Shown piece after piece: positions 27,631 to 35,618 of a DNA stretch of 43,735 nt. Positions within the stretch are counted from its first letter, which is position 1, and the number at the start of each line of letters is the position of its first letter. Source of the DNA: a virus. Taxonomy: Duplodnaviria; Caudoviricetes. Under the pieces are notes generated by a model. It saw only the letters and a list, made by a program, of their open reading frames with translations. It was not told where the DNA came from and did no database searches. The stretch spans positions 1 through 43,735 of IMG/VR virus record IMGVR_UViG_3300027874_000019, one strand, 5' to 3'. The position numbers and the translations under genes are program-made.

Positions 27631-30600
27631 GCGTGCCCCGCTACGATCCGCAGTTGCTCGAAGTTGCCTATCGCGTTGTCCAGCCAGTCGCCGTGGTTCA
27701 TCGCCTCGAAGGCGGGCCGCAGGCCCTCCAGGCCGTCGGCCCACTGGTCCCACATCTCGTAAGTGGTATCCCTGCCGAAGCCCTGCAGGTTCAGGTTCTC
27801 CGAGAACGGGCTGCCGGTGAAGGGCACGTACGCCTCGAAGCTGGCGGACTCGTTGTCGATCGGGACCGGCTTGCCGCCGTCGACCATCCAGTTGCCCATG
27901 TGCCGCTCACCGATCACGGTGACCTTGTCAGCCAGGCCGATCCGCTCCCCCTGCGGCGAGGTCCACATGTCGTAGGGGTCCGCGCCGTCAGGCGGGAACT
28001 CCCCGAACCCGGTCTCCAGCTCCTCCTCAGACGGCTCATCCGGGTCATAGCCGCCGGTCCACTCGATGGCGGTCACGCCGCCGACGTGCTCCATCCACAG
28101 CGCGTCCCGGCCGGTCTTGGTGTCCGGCCGGATCATCGCGCTCGGGCTGCCGGTGCCGAACACCTGGCCGATGAGTGAGTAGGCGACCTCCCGGTCCATC
28201 GAGTCGCGGGGGATGCCCCGCTTGCGCACCCACACCGACCCGTCCGCGAAGTCCACGATGTCGGTGTCGGCGGTGTTGCCGAAGTAGTTCTCGTTCTCGC
28301 CCTGCTCGAAGGTGATGTCCTCGCCGGGCTTGGAGTCGAACTCGCTGTTGGAGGCGATCCCGGCGTCCAGCGCCTGCCGCATGTCCGCGGATCTGCGGGC
28401 CGGGGTCGACGGCAGGTCGGGCATGCCTTCGAGGGTGAGCTGCTGCCCGGTGACCGGGTGCCGGGCTGGTGGCCGGTAGCTCAGCACGGTGGCCAGCCGC
28501 TCGCGGTAGTCGGCGGGGGTCTCCTGCTGCCGGGGCGGGTACATGCCCAGCAACTGGGTGCCGGTGATGTCCCGCCCGGCCATCTGCTGCCCGAACGCGG
28601 CGTCGTTGGCGGCCACCCGGTGGTCGGCCTTCGGCCTGGCGGGCGGCGGGCGGGTGCGCTGCCGGGGCGGTGGCGTGATGCGGGCGGCCTGCAGCCGCTT
28701 GACCAGGTCGGCCACTTCGTCGCGGGTCCACCGGCCGTGGGAGTCGCGCCGCTCGGCGGGGTTGAAGGCCAAGTCGGTGATGGCCAGGATCTGCTCGGTG
28801 ATGCCGACCACGGTCTCATAGGAGGCGTCCTCGATCTCAGCTTCCTGCTCCGGGCTCAGCCCGTCCTGGGCCGCGTCGGCCTGGGAACGCCACTGGCCGG
28901 GGCCCGCGAAGTGAACTCGATCCTCGTCCGCCATCTGCACCTGATCATCGCCTACGTGCGGCGGCCAGAACCCGTCTCCGCTGCGGAAATGGTACGCGCC
29001 GCCGACAGCATGAGTGTACGCGCCGATGGCCTCGACCTCGGGCACGCTGTCCACCACCAGGACCGGGTCGATGTCGATGCGCCGGTTGTCATCGTCGTGG
29101 AACACGCCGAGGTAACGCTGCCCCTTGGCCAGCTCGTCACCGAACTCGGCCCGTGCCCGGTCCATCGCGGCGCGGAACTCCTGCTCCGAGGCGGTCTCGG
29201 GCACCGACACGGTGTGCAGCCCGGCGGGCTTGACGGATAGGGCGTACCGGTCGGCGTCGGATTCCAGTGGCTGCCCGGTCTCGGTGTCGATCGTCGCGCC
29301 GCCCCACGGTTCCTGCACCTTGGGCCAGGTCTTGCCCTTGATCTCCTCCCAGTGCTGGTCCAGCCCGTCAGTACCGGTGCGCCGGGACAGCCCAGCGAGC
29401 TGGTTCAGTCCCTGCGCGGCAATCGCCTGGAACTCGTCGTAGGACACCGGGCGGGAGTCGCCGCGGGCCTCGGCGGCGGTGATCGGCCTGGCCACCGGGT
29501 GCTGGCGGCGGTAGGCCCGCAGCCGGGCGGCGTCTTCGAGGTCGCGGCCGATCGGCCCGCCGTAGGTGCCCTTGGTGCGGCTGGTGCCCTGGGTCTCGGG
29601 GACCTCGTTGTAGAACGGGTCGAGCATCCGATGCGCCAGGCTGCCCTTAGTCCACCGGCCTTTTGGGTCGCGCGGCTCCGCGGGGTTGAAGTCAAGCTCG
29701 ATCACCTGCGCGACCAGGCCCCCGGCCGCCTCGATGCCGCTGGTGGCGTGGGCCAGCCGGGCGGCGTTGTCGTCCATCCACTGGGACACCAGCGCGGCGG
29801 CGATCTGCGGGCCCTGGCTGCCGGTGTACCCGGTGGCCCGCATGACGTCCAGCAGATAGGCGGTAGCCCGGCTGTGCAGGCCGCCGTCGGCAGCCATGCC
29901 GAGCGCGGCCATCGGGCCCTGGTGGATGGCAACCTGGAAGCCCTTGGCCGGGTGGGCGAAGAACCGCTTGCCGTGGTCGAGGACCACGCCCAGCTCGGAC
30001 AGTTCCTGGCCGAGGGCGGGCACCATCCCGGCCAGCAGCACAACCGGCACCGGCACGCCGACCAGGGTCAGCCCGACCGCCACCGCGATGCCCGCGCCGA
30101 TCCACGCCAGGTGGGTGACCAGCACCGCCCTGGCCTCGTCGTGTTTCCCGGTGTCGATCTCGTGCTGCAGGTGCTCGATCTGCCGCTGCATCGCATCGAA
30201 CTGGCGGGCGGTGTAGATCTTCGAGTCGATCACCGCGGTGCGCAGGTCACCGTGGGTGGCGGGCTCGCGGGAGCCTTCGGCGCGCATGATCCCCTCGGGG
30301 GTCAGCGCCTGCGCGGCGATGCCGCCGGCCTTGATCCACCGGCCGTCCGGGCCGCGGGGCTGGTGCGGGTTGTAGGCCAGGTCGAAGGCCTGGGCGAAGA
30401 TCGAGCCCTCCCCCGCCATCTCCAGCACCTGGTAGGCCAGGTCGTTGGCGAGCGCGGAGACACCGGGGACAAGCTGGAACTGGTGCGCCTTGGCGTAGGC
30501 CAGCCAGGTCTTCCAGTCCTTGACCTCGTTGGCGATCCGGCCCTTGGCCCGGCCGAGCACGCCGCCTGTCTCCGATTCCATCGCCGCTCTGTCGGCGGCC

Positions 30601-31484
30601 TGGTTGGCGAGCACCTGGCCGACCCAGGTGACCGCCTGCATCTGGTGCGGCTTGATCAGCACGCCGTCGCGCTTGCTGACTATCTTGGCCGCCTCGCGGT
30701 ACAGGTCACCGACGTACTCGTGCGCCCGGACGTCGGTGGAGATCGGCGGGGAGTCTTCGAGCGGCGGGTTGACCCGTTTCCCGCCGACCTTCAGGTGCCC
30801 GGCCCGGTAGGTGAGCCCGCGGCCGACGCCGCCGGTGGCCACGTTGAGCGCGTGCGCGTCGATCACCACATGCCCGTAGGGGTCGTCAGGGGAGTCGTCA
30901 CCCTGGGCGAGCAGGTGGGCGAAGCTGCGGGTCTTCGGGCTGACCAGCACCTGGTCGATAGACATGCCGTCGAGGGCCTTCTGGGCTTTCTTCACCATGT
31001 CGCCGCTGACGTAGCCCTCGCCCTTGGGGATCGGCTTGTTCTCCTCGGCGGCCCGCGCCGCCCGCCACATGTTGATCGGCCAATCCGCGGAGTTGCTGTA
31101 GTTGCCCAGCAGGATTGCGCCCAGTTCGGCCTGCCTGTCCGGGTCGCCGCCGTGGCCACCGCCGAGCATTCCCATGGCTCTGGCTAGCAGGTGCGCGTCG
31201 GAGTACCAGCGCATCCCGGCGATGCGGTGCTCGGGCGGGGTGGCGTCGTAGGCGTCGATGATGTTCTGCACGCTGACCGGGTGCTTCTTGAAGAACGGGT
31301 GATCAGCGGGGTCGGGGTAGTCGGCGCGGGGGTTGATCAGCCGGGCGTGGTCGGGGACCACATACCGGTCCAGCCCGGTGCCAGGCTTGTCGGCGGGGGT
31401 GCGGGTCCATTCGCCGTTGGGCTTGCGCAGTTCGTGCAGCCACGCCAGCCCGGTGGCTAGCTCGATGGCCAGCCCGGCGGTCAT
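27627..31484 (-). CDS. 1285-aa polyvalent head-associated protein (glycosylase-like domain, TM hairpin, unassigned alpha/beta domain, HipA/PI4K-like kinase domain)
   Basis: Four repeats of an EL/DL + (NP)..R..GxW tag separate distinct domains; WY...PKT.SF...VVIDAHA...QMQAVTW; REVAY...ERHMGNW...IDN. Confidence 0.8.
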   Translation of the reverse strand: MTAGLAIELATGLAWLHELRKPNGEWTRTPADKPGTGLDRYVVPDHARLINPRADYPDPADHPFFKKHPVSVQNIIDAYDATPPEHRIAGMRWYSDAHLLARAMGMLGGGHGGDPDRQAELGAILLGNYSNSADWPINMWRAARAAEENKPIPKGEGYVSGDMVKKAQKALDGMSIDQVLVSPKTRSFAHLLAQGDDSPDDPYGHVVIDAHALNVATGGVGRGLTYRAGHLKVGGKRVNPPLEDSPPISTDVRAHEYVGDLYREAAKIVSKRDGVLIKPHQMQAVTWVGQVLANQAADRAAMESETGGVLGRAKGRIANEVKDWKTWLAYAKAHQFQLVPGVSALANDLAYQVLEMAGEGSIFAQAFDLAYNPHQPRGPDGRWIKAGGIAAQALTPEGIMRAEGSREPATHGDLRTAVIDSKIYTARQFDAMQRQIEHLQHEIDTGKHDEARAVLVTHLAWIGAGIAVAVGLTLVGVPVPVVLLAGMVPALGQELSELGVVLDHGKRFFAHPAKGFQVAIHQGPMAALGMAADGGLHSRATAYLLDVMRATGYTGSQGPQIAAALVSQWMDDNAARLAHATSGIEAAGGLVAQVIELDFNPAEPRDPKGRWTKGSLAHRMLDPFYNEVPETQGTSRTKGTYGGPIGRDLEDAARLRAYRRQHPVARPITAAEARGDSRPVSYDEFQAIAAQGLNQLAGLSRRTGTDGLDQHWEEIKGKTWPKVQEPWGGATIDTETGQPLESDADRYALSVKPAGLHTVSVPETASEQEFRAAMDRARAEFGDELAKGQRYLGVFHDDDNRRIDIDPVLVVDSVPEVEAIGAYTHAVGGAYHFRSGDGFWPPHVGDDQVQMADEDRVHFAGPGQWRSQADAAQDGLSPEQEAEIEDASYETVVGITEQILAITDLAFNPAERRDSHGRWTRDEVADLVKRLQAARITPPPRQRTRPPPARPKADHRVAANDAAFGQQMAGRDITGTQLLGMYPPRQQETPADYRERLATVLSYRPPARHPVTGQQLTLEGMPDLPSTPARRSADMRQALDAGIASNSEFDSKPGEDITFEQGENENYFGNTADTDIVDFADGSVWVRKRGIPRDSMDREVAYSLIGQVFGTGSPSAMIRPDTKTGRDALWMEHVGGVTAIEWTGGYDPDEPSEEELETGFGEFPPDGADPYDMWTSPQGERIGLADKVTVIGERHMGNWMVDGGKPVPIDNESASFEAYVPFTGSPFSENLNLQGFGRDTTYEMWDQWADGLEGLRPAFEAMNHGDWLDNAIGNFEQLRIVAGHA

Positions 31485-33844
31485 GCCCGTGCCGCGGCGA
31501 GCTGGGAACGCAGGCCGGCGATCCTGACGCGGAGCGCGGTGATCTGCGCCCGCAGCGAGCTGGCGGACGACGTCCCCCTCGCGGTGGCGGCCTTGCCGGT
31601 CTTTGCCGTGCCCGCCTTGGCGGTGCGCTTGGCGGCGGCGGCGGCGGTGCGCTTGGCCCCAGCGGCCTTGGTGCCGGCCGAGCCCTTGGTGCCCGCGGAC
31701 GCGCGGAGCTGCGCCTCCAGGCCGCGCAGTTGCGACTCCAGGCCGGCGATCCGCGTGCGGATCGCGGCGACCTTGGCCCGGTCGCCGCGCCGGTCCCTGG
31801 CGGCGGCCTGCTTCTGCTTGCCGCTGCCCGCGCCCTGCGCGCTGGTGAACCGGCCGCCGCCTTGGCCGGGCCCGGCGTGGTAGGGGTTGTACAGCTCGAT
31901 CGCGGGCTGGTCGTTGGCGAACCCGGACTCGGTCGCGGCGCGGATCTTCGCCCGCCAGGTGGGCCGCGGGCGGGCCCCCGGGTAAGACACCACGGCCTGC
32001 CCAGCCACCGGCCTGCCGCCGGGCTGGATGTGGGTGACGTGCACCCCGTACCCGGCGTGCCGGGGCGTGATCGTGTGGTTGGCGTGGTTGTACAGCCCGT
32101 AGATCTCCCGGTCACCGGCCCGGCCGGTGGTGTAGCTCAGGTGGTGCTGGGCGGCCTCGACGTCGTCCACCTTGATCCAGCCGTGGATGTACCCCTTGGG
32201 CCCGACGAGGTCGACCTGCTCACAAGCCAGCTCGATCAGCATGTCCGCGACGTCCAGCCCGGTGACCGCGTGGCCGTGGGAGGCCTTGGCGCGGGCCTGG
32301 CGGGCGATCTCGCCCGCCTCGGCGCGGCCGGCGGCGGCCCGTACCTCGGGATGCACATGGCCGCCGCCACGCATCCATTTGCGGATCGCGCCGCGGGCGA
32401 TGGCGTACGCCTTGCCGCTCGGCATGCCGCGCTTCTCGATCAGCGCCTTGACGATCTGCTGGAGGTAGGGGGTGTGGCCCATGCCCTTGACGTCGTAGAG
32501 GCCTGGGCCGCCGGGCCGGCCACGCGGCGCGGGGGTCCGCTCTAGCATCGCGGTGCGGGCGGACAGCTCGGTGGCCAGGCCGTACTCGGGTATCCGCAGC
32601 GCACCCCGGGTCGGCTCCAGCGGGGTGCCGGTGCGCCCGTAGGCGTGCGCCCCGTGTCCTTCGAGGCGGGGCATCCACCGGGCGCTCTGGTGCACGTTCA
32701 CCTGGCCGAGCTGCGCCTCGATCGCGGCCAGCTCGGCCTTGTACGCGCCGCCCGCCTCACGCTGGTCGGCCCACTTAGCGGAGGCCAGGTGCAGCCGCGC
32801 GCCCTTCATGTCACGCTGCGCCAGCGACCGGGCCAGGTGGTGCAGCGACGTGCCCAGGGTGGGCGAGGACGGCCGGAAGTCCGTGGCGTTCCGCGCAGCC
32901 ACCCGGCCCAGATCCTCGATCGCCCGGATGTGGTTGAGGCTGCCGGGGGTGAGGTTGGCGGCGAACTCCATCTGGTGCGGGTCGCCGTGGTACACCCAGC
33001 CGTGGGAGTAGCCGTGCGGGCCGACCAGCTCGACCGCGGGCCCGCGGCTGGCGAACGCCGCGGCGGCGAGCATCCGGGGGTCGAACCGCTTGGCGGTCAG
33101 CATGGCGCTGTAGTGCCCCCGCCCGGCCTTGCGCAGCTTGGCGTACACCGCCCGCTGGCTCTTGGTCAGCTCCTGCTTGGCGGCCTTGGCCTGGAAGCCC
33201 TCGACAACGGAGCGGCCACTGCCGGCGAGCGCCTCCGCGAACCCGCCCGCCTCGGACTTGCTGATGCGCCGGCCGAACATGCCCTGGGCGGGCAGCGCCG
33301 CCATCCCGGTGGGCTTGCGGGTGCTGCCGCCGCCGCTCCCGGCGGCCTGGCCGAACGCCTCGGCCAGCGCGCCCGCCGAGATGCCCCTGGTCCACTCGCC
33401 GCGCGGGTCACGCTTCTCGGTCTTCCACGCCGCGCCCTTCAGCTCGATCGCCCGGCGCGGCGGGTTGGCGGCAGCGAGGCCAGCGGGCGGGGCGGACTCC
33501 TGCTCCTGGCCTGGCTGCCGCCGGGCAGCGGCTGCTTCACGCAGCCGGTCATTTCTAGCCTGGGCGTCGTCAATGTCTTCGACCGCTAGGTGGTGGCGGT
33601 GAACCTCGTGCAGGTGGTGCTTGGCGAGGGCGTGGCCGTCATCGTCGCGGATGCCGTGCCGGGTCAGCGACAGCGGGGTGAGGGTCTCCATCGCGGCCCG
33701 CAGGTGCCGCCTGGCTCCCTCGGTGGAGCCGTGCTCCAGCACCCGGGCGGCGTCCCGCAGGTGGTCCCCGGTGATCATCTCCGGGTGGTCCTTGTCGAGC
33801 ACCGCGGCGGTGGCGCGCATCCGCCGGGCGGCGGCCTGCTTCAA
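31481..33844 (-). CDS. Modular basic head-associated protein with repeated tags; true start uncertain (frame open upstream)
   Basis: Two VGPxGYxHGW tags and two R..GEW/GGRF tags; Lys/Ala-rich C-terminus; no RBS at TTG 33844. Confidence 0.75.
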   Translation of the reverse strand: MKQAAARRMRATAAVLDKDHPEMITGDHLRDAARVLEHGSTEGARRHLRAAMETLTPLSLTRHGIRDDDGHALAKHHLHEVHRHHLAVEDIDDAQARNDRLREAAAARRQPGQEQESAPPAGLAAANPPRRAIELKGAAWKTEKRDPRGEWTRGISAGALAEAFGQAAGSGGGSTRKPTGMAALPAQGMFGRRISKSEAGGFAEALAGSGRSVVEGFQAKAAKQELTKSQRAVYAKLRKAGRGHYSAMLTAKRFDPRMLAAAAFASRGPAVELVGPHGYSHGWVYHGDPHQMEFAANLTPGSLNHIRAIEDLGRVAARNATDFRPSSPTLGTSLHHLARSLAQRDMKGARLHLASAKWADQREAGGAYKAELAAIEAQLGQVNVHQSARWMPRLEGHGAHAYGRTGTPLEPTRGALRIPEYGLATELSARTAMLERTPAPRGRPGGPGLYDVKGMGHTPYLQQIVKALIEKRGMPSGKAYAIARGAIRKWMRGGGHVHPEVRAAAGRAEAGEIARQARAKASHGHAVTGLDVADMLIELACEQVDLVGPKGYIHGWIKVDDVEAAQHHLSYTTGRAGDREIYGLYNHANHTITPRHAGYGVHVTHIQPGGRPVAGQAVVSYPGARPRPTWRAKIRAATESGFANDQPAIELYNPYHAGPGQGGGRFTSAQGAGSGKQKQAAARDRRGDRAKVAAIRTRIAGLESQLRGLEAQLRASAGTKGSAGTKAAGAKRTAAAAAKRTAKAGTAKTGKAATARGTSSASSLRAQITALRVRIAGLRSQLAAARA

Positions 33845-33900
33845 CGGTGTGGTGCGGACAGGCCTGGCCAGGTCGATCGTGCTGCTGAGTAGCGGGGAAC

Positions 33901-34785
33901 TCAGGCTTTTGGGCGGCCCCTGCGGGGCCCGGCGCGGGCTCTGCCGGCGGCTATCGCCGCCCGCTGCATCTCCGGGGTCCAGTTCTCGTCCACGGCCTTC
34001 TGCGCGGCCTGCCCGGCCTTCCGGGCAGCGGCGGTGATCTGGGACTGGGAGGCGGTGTCCAGGGTGACGCCCTTGGGCAAGAACGGCTCCCAGCCCTTGC
34101 CCGCAGCGTTGCGCCGGGCGATGGCGAGTTGCCGCTCGGCGTGTGCCTGCTGGGAGGCCCGCAGCTCGGCGCGGATCTGTGAGACCGGGCGGGGGCCGAG
34201 CCCTGGGCGTGGCTGGATGCCGGTTCCCGGGCGCGGCCGGGGCGGGCCGTACCGCTCGTGCCGGGCCACCGCGTCGGCTTGTGCCTTGTCCCGCACCGCC
34301 TGGCGGATCGTCGCCGCGGACGCGCCGCCGAGATCCTCGCCCTCGGGCAGGTGGGCCTGGGCGGCCTGGGCCTCGCGGATCGTGAACCCGTTCTTGATGT
34401 TGCGGGCCATCGTCTCATCGGGCTGGATGTGCTGGACTTCCTCGAAGTCGTGCATCGTCGCGGTGCCTGTATGACCGGTCTCGCGGCCGGTCTGCGGGTC
34501 GATGTGCTGGTAGTCGTAGTCCTTGTGGGCCCCGCTCGGCGGCCAGGACTGGCTGGGCCTGATCGCGGTGATCTTGCGGATGCGCCCGTGGTCACCGACG
34601 TAGCTGCCGACCTTCAGCTCCCCGGCCTTGTGCGTGCCGGTGCCGACGTAGATCCAGCCGTGGATGTAGCCCTTGGGGCCCACTAGCTCGACCGTGCCGC
34701 CGCTCACCTGGCCCCCTGCCGGGATAGCTCCTGCCAGTTCCGCGAGGCGGCGGGTGATCCGCAGCACTTCGTCATAGTCCGTCAT
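33901..34785 (-). CDS. Modular head-associated protein with VELVGPKGYIHGW tag (MTDYDEVLR...)
   Basis: GGAGG RBS before ATG 34788/34785, with a TATGCT -10-like box just upstream; the track's 34932 start overlaps the divergent gene. Confidence 0.75.
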   Translation of the reverse strand: MTDYDEVLRITRRLAELAGAIPAGGQVSGGTVELVGPKGYIHGWIYVGTGTHKAGELKVGSYVGDHGRIRKITAIRPSQSWPPSGAHKDYDYQHIDPQTGRETGHTGTATMHDFEEVQHIQPDETMARNIKNGFTIREAQAAQAHLPEGEDLGGASAATIRQAVRDKAQADAVARHERYGPPRPRPGTGIQPRPGLGPRPVSQIRAELRASQQAHAERQLAIARRNAAGKGWEPFLPKGVTLDTASQSQITAAARKAGQAAQKAVDENWTPEMQRAAIAAGRARAGPRRGRPKA

Positions 34786-34900
34786 CATCGCCCTCCGGTC
34801 CCAGCATAGGGCCGGTGGCCGACGACACCGGGGCTGCGGCACCCCACGGGTAGGATTCACACTAGACCACGGACCATGACGCTGATAAGGATCGAACCCG

Positions 34901-35617
34901 ATGGAGCACATCGTCGCCCTGTCCGGGGGCAAAGACTCGACCGCGATGGCGCTGCGGCTGCGCGAGCTGCACCCTGATCAGGAATACACCTACATCTGCA
35001 CCCCGACCGGCGACGAACTGCCGCCGATGATCGAGCACTGGCTGCTGCTGGAGCGGCTGCTGGACATGAAGTTCACCTGGCTGACCAGCGGCTCCAGCCT
35101 TGACTCGCTGATCAACTACTGGCAGGCGCTGCCGAACTGGCGGCAGCGGTGGTGCACCAAGTACCTGAAGATCTTCCCGTTCGAGGCCTACCTGCGCGAG
35201 CACAAGCCGGCCACCATCTACGTCGGCATGCGCTATGACGAGGCCGGGGCCCGGGACGGCATCGAGGTCGGTGACGGCGTCACCAAGCTGTTCCCGATGA
35301 TCGACTGGGAGTGGGGCCTGGGCGACGTGCTCGGCTACCTGGACCAGCGCGAGATCGTGGTGCCCGAGCGCACCGACTGCGGCGCGTGCTTCTTCCAGAC
35401 CCTCGGGGAGTGGTGGCAGCTCTGGGTCGACTACCCCGAGCGGTGGGCGAAGTACGAGGGCTACGAGGCGATGACCGGGCACACGTTCCGGTCAGCCCAG
35501 CGGGACACCCACCCCGCGTCCCTGGCCGGCCTGCGGGCGGAGTTCGAGGCCGGCTACGTGCCGAGGCCGCGCAAGATGTCCGACCGCCGGGCGATGTGCT
35601 CCACCTGCGCGCACTGA
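34901..35617 (+). CDS. PAPS-reductase-like (PP-loop adenine nucleotide alpha-hydrolase) protein with Cys cluster
   Basis: SGGKDS PP-loop, TG.E.P, RWCT..LKI.P, G.R.DE, FP...W, CGACF and C-terminal CSTC. Confidence 0.85.
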   Translation: MEHIVALSGGKDSTAMALRLRELHPDQEYTYICTPTGDELPPMIEHWLLLERLLDMKFTWLTSGSSLDSLINYWQALPNWRQRWCTKYLKIFPFEAYLREHKPATIYVGMRYDEAGARDGIEVGDGVTKLFPMIDWEWGLGDVLGYLDQREIVVPERTDCGACFFQTLGEWWQLWVDYPERWAKYEGYEAMTGHTFRSAQRDTHPASLAGLRAEFEAGYVPRPRKMSDRRAMCSTCAH

Positions 35618-35618
35618 C

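Noticed and set aside
28955-29460. Naming the middle polyprotein domain a SAM lyase
   Set aside because: Only a vague resemblance from memory; catalytic residues could not be matched by eye, so it is left unassigned.
27627-34785. Inteins or self-splicing elements explaining the large modular ORFs
   Set aside because: No C/S...HN-C/S/T intein ends or LAGLIDADG/HNH motifs were seen; the boundaries carry the short tags instead.
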